Shown: piece by piece, positions 12,401 through 24,400 of the stretch
Position numbering within the stretch: the first letter of the stretch is position 1
Layout of the letters: every line of letters begins with the position of its first letter
Origin: Gekko japonicus
Lineage: Eukaryota
Assembly (NCBI RefSeq): GCF_001447785.1
Contig: NW_015169784.1
Coordinates: forward strand, 725,828 to 789,827
Direction: 5' to 3'
Length of the DNA: 64,000 nucleotides
Translations under genes and position numbers: made by a program
The notes under the pieces: generated by a model
Databases searched by the model: none
Told to the model about the DNA's origin: nothing
Seen by the model: the letters and a program-made list of their open reading frames with translations, nothing else

Positions 12401-15400
12401 AGCATGAAGAATGGCTGGAATCTGAACTGGGTGTCACTGCAGAAACTGGCAGGAAAAGAGGCAATCCAAGAAGTGCCAAGCTCAAATTCTGCCTCTGCTA
12501 AAAGTCACTAGTGATCTTTGACATGACTCTCACACTTAGCACCTCCACCTACAGTACAGGGATAGAATAAGACCAGCCTAACTCACAGGACAGGATGTGA
12601 AATGGTTTACTGTGGCCCAATCTGGTCAGACCTCAGAAGCTAAGCTGGATCGGTACTTGGACGGGAGACCACCAAGGATGACTTCGTAGAGGCAGGCAAT
12701 GGCAAATCACCTCTGCTTAGACACTTTGACAGCACTTTACACACATACACAACTCACAGGATTGTTGTAAGGATTACAAGAAGACAATGGATGTCAAGCA
12801 CTTTGAATGTTTACAGAGGTGTATGAAGGCTAAGCATTATTATTTTCAATGAAGAACTTGCTCAGTGTCTCTCTTGGCGTAATACCAAACCTAAACTGGA
12901 CCAGGCCTCCCCAAAAGAGTTAGCTGTCTGCTCATATTTCTGTTTATGACACATGCACGGGATATCCCTGCTGTACATGTGCTGATGGTTTATATGTAAT
13001 GGTGCAATATTCTGGGACTAAAGAAATCATACATGATCATGTACAGATGGCTGGACCCAAATCTGAATTTGCACCCTATCCCCTGTTCTTGTCTTCAGTG
13101 TGGATAAAAACCATTGGTTAAAAGAAGAAAGTTAACATTTGAATTTTTAAATTTTTTTAAAAAGATTTAAATGTTAAAAATATGATTTTAATAGTTGGTT
13201 TTTTAAAAAAGATAGGCTGCTTAAAATTAAATGAGAACAGAAGTCTGTTAAATCTACGCTTAGTGCCTTTTAACAATGAATTAACCATCAGGTTTGGGGT
13301 GGAAGAGCTCAGGTGTAAGGTAGATCTGAGAATGCAGGAGGACTTCTAAAGAGACAGGGATCTGAAGACACCAGCAGCTATGCTACTGAAGCTTAGTGTG
13401 AGTTCATCACTCACTGGCTGTAAACACCACGGTGGCTGAGCAAGATAATTTGAGATGTTTTGCTGAGTGTGAATATTTGCAAGACAAACTGACCTTCGAA
13501 TATCTTCAGGCTTAATTGGAGAAGGACTCGGCTCAACACCTTTCTTTTTCCCATCCAGCCTATTGCCAGATCCTGAAAATGCCTACAAGAAGAACAGAAA
13601 TCATCTGGAATCATGATATATAGTCATAGTCCCTGTTACACGGACAGCATAGAATACACCAAGAGGGACATCTACATCCCATTGAAGATCATAGCAAGTC
13701 TCTCCCCTTCCTAGATGCAGGAAATGCCAAATATTTTTAAGGAGTTAAAATGACAAATTCAAGATTTAGATCACTTCTGATGACTGGATTGGCATCACCC
13801 AATCCTAAACACGTTAATTTGGAAGAAAGTCCTAATAAGCTTGATAGGTCTTGCTTCCAAGTAGGAGCACGTAAGAGGGCAGCCTTTGTGTGCTTTGCAA
13901 TCCGTCTTACTCCCCTTCAGTTAAACTGCTATTTATTTTTTTTAACACATAAGAAAATGGATCACTCGTTTGCAGGATGAGGCCGCTTCACGCTGTTCTG
14001 GCTCTCTTTGCCTACGGTACGCTTGCTCTGGATTGTCTATATATTTTGCTGGCTTCCATATCTCGCCTATATTTTCTTTCCCCCCCAATCTCCATGTAAC
14101 TGATCTATACCCAGTGAAAAATATCAGAACTGCTCATATCCTGCTTAGCACCAAGTGACATCTTATGTCCCCCCCCACCCAAAGGGATCCATTCCATCGT
14201 CTGTAGTTGTATCAAGGCACACCAGCAGAGGAATTTTCCAGACGAAGAAGAGTTGGGTTTTGCCCTGACCTGGATAGCCCAGGCAAGCCCAATCTCATCA
14301 GATCTCGGAAGCTAAGCAGGGTTGACTCTAATAAGTACTTGGATGGGAGACCTCCTTGAAATACCAGAGGCAGGAGGCAGGGGCAGGCCCTATTCAGCCA
14401 CCCCTCTGAATATCCATCAGGCCGCCAGTAGGGGTCAGTCACCAGAAGTTCCCATGACTTCCAGGTGCATACATACTCAACCAGACACACGCACATATGA
14501 AAAAATTTAAAAAACCAAAAAAGAGTTGGTTTTTATATCTCGCTTCTCTCTACCTTAAGGAGTCTCGCAGTAGCTTACAATCGCCTTCCCTTCCTCTCCC
14601 CGCGACAGGCACCCCACAACAGGTGGGGCTGAGAGAGTTCTGAGAGAACTGTGGCTGGCCCAAGGTCACCCAGCAGGCTTCATGTGGGAGAGAAGTGGGG
14701 AATCAAACCCAGGGCCCCAGATTAGAATCCACCACTCTTAACCACAACACCATGCTGACTCTCCAGGTTCCACCAAGAAAAGGGAGATTGCCCCAAATTC
14801 CCGTGAGTTGTCTATAATCAGTCACACAAGGGACTTACACGGAATCCCCGGTCACTCGCGTAACCAGTGTGGTCCGCTTCAACATCCTGTACAACAGAAG
14901 GAGAAATAAATGCCTTTGTTTTAGAATGATGTCACTGCAATATGCAATCAGTGAGAACATTTACATGTTCAGCGGGGAGGTGTGGGATATAAATTTAACA
15001 AATAAAATAAAATAAATAAATAAATACATTTCCAGGGGTATTTTTTTTTACATTGTAATGTTTTTGAAGACGACGAAGAAGAAAGGGATTGAATTTATAC
15101 CCTGCCCTTCACTCGGAGTCTCAGAGCAGCTTACAATCTCCTTCCCCTTCCCCTCCCCACAGCAGACACCCTGTGAGGTAGGTGAGGCTGAGAGAGCTCT
15201 TTCGAGAACTCCTCTTGAGAGACCAGCTCTGAAAGAACCTGTGACTGACCCAAGGTCAGACCAGCAGCTGCATGTAGAGGAGTGGGGAATCAAATCCGGT
15301 TCTCCCAGATTAGAGTCTGCGCTCCTAACCACCACACCAAACTGGCTCTCAAAATGCAGCAATCCTCTGCATGTTTCCTCAGAAACAAGCCCTACTTACA

Positions 15401-18400
15401 GGGTTTATTCCAAGACAACTGCGTGTAGGACTGCAGCCTTAGGAAGCTAAGAAAGTGGCATGGGTAGCTCAATGAAGTTCGTGACCTGCAGTGATCACGT
15501 AATTTGCCTGTTCAAGGAAGGCAAGTGTTATCAGTTTCTATCTGAGAGGATAGTTAAATGAAACCTCTCTGTTCAGAAGTGGTATACTGCTGGATACAGG
15601 CGGCTGGGGGAAGGACCACACACAAAGAAGTTACCTCATACTGAATCAGACCACTGGTCCATCAAGGTCTGTATTGTTTTCTCAAGACTGGCAGCAGCTC
15701 TCCAGGGTCTCAGGTCAGGGTCTTTCACATCACCTACCACCTGATCCTTAACTGGAGATCCTGGGGACTAAACTTGAAAACGTCTGCACGCTAAGCTCTA
15801 CCACTGAGACATAGTCCCTCCCCAGCTTTGGCCTCTGTGCCCCACTTGTAAGTTTTTGAGGAGCCTCTGTCTGACCACTGTGAGAAACAGACTGCTGAGA
15901 TAGAGGGTCCTTTGGTTTCAGCCAGCAGGGACCTGATGTTCTTATCTGTCAAAAGCATCTATTGCTTCTTTTCAACAGTCTTTTTTTTTTTTTAAGAAAG
16001 GGGGGTGCGCGCACGTGTGTGTGTGTGTGTGTGTGTGTAGAAGGACAGTGGTGCCCCAAAATGCAAACAGCAGAGAAAAAGTCAGAAGGTAACTCACAGT
16101 GGCTTCTTCATGGTGCGCCTGTCTTTCTGGTTCCTTGTAACCCAACGGTGCATCAAAATCTACCTGTTGTAAGTGAAGTTTAATATAATCAGATGACCTG
16201 ACACATCATAGCCCAGAATCTGCCTCCTCCCTTTAGTGCTCTCTGAGCATTTCAGGCCCAGCCAATGCAGTTTTAGCGGTCAGAGTGTTGGACTAAGACC
16301 CCGGGCTCAAACTGCCACTCTGCCATGGCAGCCTCGGACTTACGTTCATGTCACACTCTATGATGGACACAGCTTTGTCAGGTTTGGTCTCCATTACTCG
16401 AAGCTCGTAGATCTGAAAGAGCAGGCGCCAATCAGTATTTCTAGAGCCGTTGTTGCAAACCTTAGAATGCTTACATGTGATTTTCATGCACACTCCCCGC
16501 CTCAGACTCTTCAATTAAAACTGATAATGGTTCAGTCAGCTTGATCCCTGACAGCCCCTCCTGCAACACCCATCAGGTAGCTTTAAATCACTTTTTAGAA
16601 TTAATCACAGGCACACGAGGAACTGATTCTCAAATCAAAATTGCTAACGACCCCCTCCCTGGTGCACAGATTTCAATGCCGCATGCTTTTAAAACGACAG
16701 ACATCACCTTCTCGTTGTAGTTGATGGCGATGACATCTCCGGTGGTCAGGCAAGCAAAATTTCTCAGAGCATTTTCCAATCTTGAGAGGATGTTAAGTTG
16801 GAATGAGACTGTATTCAGCGCAGAGAGGTCACAGCTGGATCAAAGCCACGCTTACGCAATTGTTCAGCCAGGATTCTATACTATGTCTTGGACAGCTGCA
16901 TAACAACCCCCACTAAGACAAAGCAATTACTAATAATAGGCAAAACAGTTTCTTTACATGTTTATTTCAATCACTTTACTTTTCCTTCTCTCCTTTTGTC
17001 TTCTTACTCAGGCTTTTCTGCTTATTCGACTCTTATCTTTCTTGTGTGCTCTATGGAGGTACGAACAGTGGCTGGCAGTGTAAAAATCTCTCTCCAAAAA
17101 TTGTATTTTTTCATTGGAGAATTGAAACTGCAAGGGCTTATGTTGAAGGGAAGGAATGAAACATGGATAAGAACATGAGGTTGTTCAAAAATAAATGTTC
17201 TCTTAAGTATGTACTTAAAACGCAGAAATATGGTTTAATCAAATTTACTTAGCCTTAAATGTTGTAATATTCCGTTTCAGAGCTATTAGGGCTCTGAATT
17301 CCTCAGTGCTTTGGTAGACTTCCAAGAAGCTGATATTGCACTGGAGCATGGCTTTCGCAGAATTTGCAGAATTGCCAGTTTCAGAAATCAAGCTAGTTGG
17401 TGTAATTTTGCTAGGCCAGCTTTGAGTTGTTACTGTGGATCAGCCAGCTGAGCAGCTTTGTGCCAACTATAGCAGAAATTCACTGCAATTCCCAAAGCAT
17501 CGATTAGAAGCACACAAGAACTCATACTGGGGAGAAAGTAACCAATCAGGTGTGCTTTCATCACTGAGGAGGAGGAGCCTATGGAACAAGAGCAACCCTT
17601 ACAGTCTTAGGGAAACAGTGAAGTCTTTGAAAATCTCCATTACAGAGATTTCTACCCTCTGGCTAAAACTCAAAATTGTATGTCCAAGTTCTAAAGCTGA
17701 ACCCAGCTAAAATGCCAAGGCCATGTTAAGTGATCCAGCAAACCAGATTTGGAGGATCAGGATTGTGCCATCGGCTCACACATCCTTCCTCCTCACCTTA
17801 TGGGTCAACCTCCTCCCACTGCCTGCTTTGCACTAACCTACTAACTTATTGCAATAGTCAAAATGAGAAAACTACGGTTACAGCCAACTAGGAATTGCCT
17901 CCAAGCTACAGTTTGCTAACCCACTTTATAGTACTGTTTCTGATTCTGCTTTGGAGGCAGTTCCTGGTTTGTCTCCAGATTATTATTATTATTGTTAATG
18001 TGCTTGGAAGGGAAACCAAACCACATTCCTTAGTGTGCACTCCCACTGAAGCCAACAAAGCAACATCACTAAATTACCTTGTGAATTAGTCCTTACAATG
18101 CTCCCCCAATGAAAATATAAATGCTTTTTGGTGGTTTCCTCTTAAAGTCTACAAACACTGATGGAAAAGCTGATTCTACTTCTTTCCTCACAATGGTGTA
18201 AGAAATAAAAACAACGGTCACAACTCAAACCACTTCTGTGCCTCTCCTAAGACAGAACAAAAAAAGGATACACTGCTTTAGGGTTGGTGATGTCAAGGAA
18301 ATCGGGACTTTGCGGTTGAAACTTTGAGTAAGTCGCCACCTGGAGGTTAACACTCTCCACCTGCACCAGGCCTCCTTCCTCCAGTAGCAAGTTCTGCATC

Positions 18401-21400
18401 ATCTGTTTTTTTAAAAAGAAAGAAACAAGGAAGTGCTTCTTTAGGGATGCTTAATCTGAACCAAGCTGAAACACGTCCTTGAAATGGACTTTGTGAAAAT
18501 TTTGCTCAAACACTCCCTGCGTATCCCGAAGTTCCACGAGAAGACAAAAAAGGAGGCATCCAGTTCGCCTTAAGCAACGTATTTTAAATAGTCATATATT
18601 TACTTTATTTATAGTCTGCCTAAACAGTACAGTACTAAAACGGTACAAGACAAGACAGATAAGAAATGCAAAAACCGGATGACAGAATTTTTTTAAAAAC
18701 GATAAAGAATAAGATAATGCATACAAACAGTGCCTTAAATTACAGCCCATCTCAGAAGCTGAGCAGGGTCAGCCCTGGTCAGTATTTGGATGGGAGGCCA
18801 CCAAGGTAGTCCGGGGTTGTTATGCAGAGGCAGACCAATGGCAAACTACTTCTGAGTGTCTCTTGCTTTGAAAACCCTACAGGGTCAGGGTTGCCATAGG
18901 TCGACTGCGATGATGGCATTTTCCACCACTGCCACCACACTTTATAAAAATGCCCTCCCAACATAGCCTTTGCAGAGACCACAGCTGAGTGGCAAAGAAC
19001 TCATGGGCACTCCATGAAATTGCTGAGCAGTCGGGTTAGGAACAGATAAAAGGAAGCACTTCTTCACCCAAAGAGTGATTAACACATGGAATTCACTGCC
19101 ACAGGAGGTGGTGGCGGCTACAAGCAGTGTTCCCTCTAAGCTGAGTTAGTGTGAGCTAGCTCACAGTTTTTTAGCCTCTGGCTCACACATGGTTGTCTTT
19201 GCTCAGGAAGGATGGCTCCAGAGCAAACTAATTTATGCAATAGCCAAATCGCTCGCTCACAACTTTAATGCCGGTAGCTCACAAAGTGGAATTTTTGCTC
19301 ACAAGACTCCACAGCTTAGAGGGAGCATTGTTTACAAGCATGGATGGCTTCAAGAGGGAATTGGATAAGCATATGGAGCAGAGGTCCATCGGTGGCTATT
19401 AGCCACAAGGTATAGATAGGAACTCTCAATCTGGGGCAAGTGATGCTCTGTCTTCTTCGTGCTTGGGGGGGGGCAACAATGGGAGGGCTTCTAGTGTCCT
19501 GGCCCCACTGCTGGACCTCCTGATGGCACCTGGTATTTTTGGCCACTGTGTGACAGAGTGTTGGACTGAATGGGCCATTGGCCTGATCCAACATTGGCCT
19601 CCCTTATGTTCATATGTTTATTTATTTATTGTTTCGACTTACTATACCGCCCTAACCCTGAAGGGTCCCTGGGCGGTTTACAGGGTATGTTTGGTATGCA
19701 GAAGGTCCTGGGTTCAATTCTTGGTGTCTCTAGTTTAAAAAAAAAAAAGATCTCAAGAATCAGGGCTTGGAAAGACTCCCTGGATGAGGTCTTGGAGAGC
19801 TCCCAATGAACAGATCCAGCATAAGACAGCTTCCCATGCTTATGTGGACTGTGTGCACCCCATGGTTTTTAAAAGGACCCACTTACCCAGTGCGGAAGGT
19901 AACAAATGCCCTCATCGGCCACAAATTCAAGCACGCCACAGTGGGTCATTCGGTCTGAGTTTTTATTAGTCAGTTTAAACAGCATAGGATAGGTGATATT
20001 AAGCCGGCCTAAGTGAAAACAGAAAAGGGGGGGGAAAGATTATTTCTGAAAGCTTCAAGAAAAGGGTCTGAGGCTGTGATCCGGTGCTTGTTTACTTAGG
20101 AGTTAGCCCTACTGGGTGGGCACTTAATCAGGCTGCTGATAAGAAAGCAGAACACACAGACCCCTTGAGAGCTAGGCCAGGCAGACCTGGGGCTCAAACA
20201 TAGAAACAGGTCTACTGTACAGCAACATCACTTGCGTAATATGACATTAAGCCGTCGAGTGCTTTTCCACTGGTCCTCAAATAAGGAAAGTAGGGGAGGA
20301 AATAAATACAATTGATTTGTGTTTAAGATACAAGAAAAATCCCACATTCTTATTGTTTTCTTGCTGTTTTAACAAACTAGGACATGTGGATAGATTCAGG
20401 TGGGTAGCTGAGTTGGTCTGAAGCAGCAGAACAAAGTCTGAGTCCAGTGGCACCTTTGAGACCAACAAAGTTTTATTCAAGGTATAAGCTTTTGTGTGCA
20501 AGCACAGTTCCTCAGATCTGAAGAAGTGTGCATGGACATGAAAGATTATACCTAGAATAAAACTTTGTAGGTTTTAAAGGTGCCACTGGACTCAAACTTT
20601 GCTCTAGAGCATATGGAGTTGGTATGTGCCCAGTCAGGATAAACATTTATCTCGTAGCTTAGATCAAGATGGGTAACTGTGTTAGTCTGTCTGTAGCAAC
20701 AGAAAAGAGCAAACCTGGGACACATCGATTCATAGCTCGCCTGAGATACTATGAAAGAGTTCAATGAACTTAGACTGCACAGGATTGCACTGTCTATTTC
20801 AAATGCAATTTGGGTAATTTCAAAGGTTTTTTAAAAAAGATGCCAACTACCAAAATAAATTAGCAGAGTTGACAATACTGCCAAATTAACTTCCTCTATG
20901 AAAGCCACAGCAATAAGGAAACTAGGAGGGATGCTGTTCTACTCGCCAGTATGAAAACTAGCATATTCACAGATGGTTGCCTAGCTTATTATACACGAGT
21001 AGATCAAGGAAAACACAGTTGGTTTGTGATGTCTACTAAATTAGAAATTTAGTATAGCAGTTAGAGGGTCAGACTAGTTGCTGAGAAACCCTGGTTTGAA
21101 TCTCCGCTCTGCCAAGGAAGCTTGCCTGGGTGAGCTTGGTCTGGTCATGCACTCTCAGCCTAGCCTACCTCACATGGTTGTTATGACAATAAAATAAAGA
21201 TGAGGAGAACGATGTGAGCTGCTTTGGCTCCCTATTGGATAGAAAGGCGGGGTATAAACAAATAAATAAAAATAACGAATAAATTACTCACTGAGTTGAT
21301 CCAAAGCAGAAGGTGGCATGATTACTGCAGAAGGAAATAAGATAGTTACAGTAAGACTAGGTATAACACTAATGTCATAGTCTTCAGACAGACAAACATC

Positions 21401-24400
21401 AAGGTGCTTTGAGCTGAACTTAGCCATATAAAAAGCACAGGGTTGCCATCAAAAATGGCATCTCCACGCCAAGGTTCCCCTCTCTGTAATGTTTACTGAA
21501 ACATATGCAGTGTCATGATATCATTATATGCTGAGCAATGATGGGAAAGTACACCACATGATAAACTTAGAACATGAGGTAAGCTATACTACACGTTACA
21601 GAGGTGATTCGACATGCTGCTGCCAAGACATAAAACAGGTTCCACAGCAAACGTGTCTAATGGGTGGAGCCTAGTGCGAAGGGGTCACACACACAGTGAA
21701 GAATATGGCAATCTGGAAGACAAGACGCTGACTATTTCACACAGATGGCCCTACGACCAGCAGCACAGAGGACCATGGAGTCAGTGTGCCAGAACGTATT
21801 TTTAAAAGGCATCATGTGACTGCAGATGGAAGTCAAACACAAGGTAGTAAGAGCAGACACAGCGAGCTCTTCACCTGTGGCACAAGCTCAGCTTCGCAGA
21901 TTCCATTACAAACATATGTACCACAAGCTGAACACTCGGTTCTGACAGTCGGTCACTTTTCCCAATGCGACAGGTAGATCACTTCTTCCTCTTTTTTAAG
22001 CCGGCACATATGCATTTATTCGTTCCCCTTCCCCACAGAATTACCATAGACATTTTTTTTTTAAAGTCGCAAAGGGATGGAGGGTGGAGAGATGGTAAGT
22101 TAGGTGATGTCACAACCACTAGCCAATAGGTGCCTCTCCCATTTATGCTGAATCACTCTGAAGGCCTGCAGAGAAGGTTTCTCCCCCTCCCTGACAGGAG
22201 AGAAATATTTGTGTATATTTACAGAGCAGCAGAGGGGCTACCAAATCTCCTCAGCTGACTCCTAAAACGATGTGTCTGTTTTTACCCCGTGCCTCTCTGG
22301 AGCGCCCTCCGTGGCAGCTTCTTCCATTCTCAGACCTTCAAATGCCCTCGGCCCCCATTCCAAGCCAAGCTGTTGCTGCTCATTCATATATTTCCCTTAT
22401 CAGACTCACACACAGCCTAAAGTCATATTGTTTTTCCCTTTTAAACTCCCATCACGAGGCTGGAAGAAGTGATGGAAAGGGAGCCAAAATAAAGTCACTC
22501 ACTTAAACTGCATCTGAACTGCTGAGAATCCCTCTTACTACACAATAAGAACAACAAATAGCTCCCAGGGCAATCCTAAACAGAGATAGGCCCTTCTGAG
22601 GCCACTGGCTATAATGATTGCCAACTCTGCTCAGGATTACACTGTCAGTCCTCAAAGAGCTAAATCGGTAAGTTTCTTCTGTGCTGAGTAAGCTTTGCAC
22701 CAGAAGTGTTCTAGGATCGTACGCTGTGTTTGTTTCAAACACCACCCAGCATCACCCACCACGGTTTTGCTTCCAAGAGAGTATTATTCAAAATAAAACA
22801 GCACATACTCTTCCCGCCTTTCTCCACATCTGACCTGTCATTAGGTCCCGCGAGCATGGACACCGAGAAGCAGCGGTACTGAGTCGAGAAGCGGTTCTGG
22901 AAAACCCGGGGGATCGGATGATCAAACATATTAAAAGAAAACTGGAGAGGGGGAGGAGAAGACGAGAGTACGTTAGAAGAGGAGGCTCAAGATGTCCTTG
23001 GTGTCCTTCGAAAGCAGACAAAAGCTGTTTTCCAGCTTACACCAATCATTTTCACATAAATCACAATTTGGATAAGATTCATGATGAGCCAGCAGCTGGC
23101 CTGTGAACTTATTCTTCCATCAGATGCCACAGGAGCAGTTTCCAAGTACAGAAGGCCAGAAAAATAGGACTTACTGATAATTTTAATCCCACCCTTTCTC
23201 TGGAGTTCAGGGCAGCAAACATAGTACCCTTCACAATTTCATCTTCACAACAACCCTGTGAGGTAGGCTGGATGGTTAGAGAATAATTAGCCCAAGATCT
23301 CCCACTGGTCTTCATGGCAGAGTGGGGATATTATATTTCTAAGCACCATCAAATGTTCCAGATAAAACCTGAGTGCAGTGTAGTGGCTATATTGCTAGAC
23401 TTTGGATAGTTTAAAATCCCCAGGTTGACTGTTGGTTTTGTGGAGCTTTTGACGCAAACTTTATACATATGTGGGGGAGACGTAGTAGAGCTGAAAAATA
23501 CTGGGAAATGATGGCCAGAACTATTTTGCAAGGAGCAGGTAAAGATTTACCTTTCTCCCCTAAATCCTATTGAATTATGTAGACGTTTCTCCCCAAAGAT
23601 ACTAAATAATTTGTTTTAAATGCCATAACCTCTGCAGGATGAGATTCAGGTGGGTAGCTGTGTTGGTCTGAAGCAGCAGAACAAAGTTTGAGTCCAGTGG
23701 CACCTTGGAGACCAGAATAAAACTTTGTGGGTCTTAAAGGCGCCACTGAGCTCAAATTTTGTTCTCTGCAAGATTAGTTTCTGCTAGATACTGGAAAGGA
23801 AAGGTAACTTCAAATAAAGCTGAGTGGTTGGAGAAACTAAAGGAATGCATGCAGTTGAGTAAACTAATCTGTAAACGGCATGGTGGATAGTTAGAGAAGT
23901 TTGATTAATGGAATGATATTCTAACTAGGATAGTGAACAGAACTCAACATCCATATGATTTGGTTATAGAACTGAAGAGGAACTTGTAAAGCTTTGTATT
24001 CTACTTTCTTCTGAATAAAAAGTTTATCTAAAAAAAAAACCCCACTCGTCCATGAAGCTTATGCTGTGACTTTGGCATAGCCATTATCTCTCTCAGACTA
24101 ACCTAGCTTGCAGAGGTCTTGTGAGGACGAAAGAGGGGTGAGAATGACTCTGTGTACATCATCTTTGGAGCACTGTCCAAAATAATGGATCTGAAGGACC
24201 ACTGAAATATATCTACCAAAAAAACAACCTGGTCCCTTCTTGGGCTACTAACGATCTTTCAGCCCAAACTACCTCCCGGGTTTTGTACAGATATTTATTT
24301 ATTTTTATTTAAAACATTTCTGTGCTGCCTTTCTACCCAAATACGGTCAGCAAACATCAACACTTTTCGACATTAAGAAAACATCTATATATCTAATAGC

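Noticed and set aside
14262-14355. 5S rRNA gene (also ~25287, 54338, 56352, 61834)
   Set aside because: Only the diverged internal-promoter part of 5S is present, followed by a SINE body and tail with TSD. These are SINEs.
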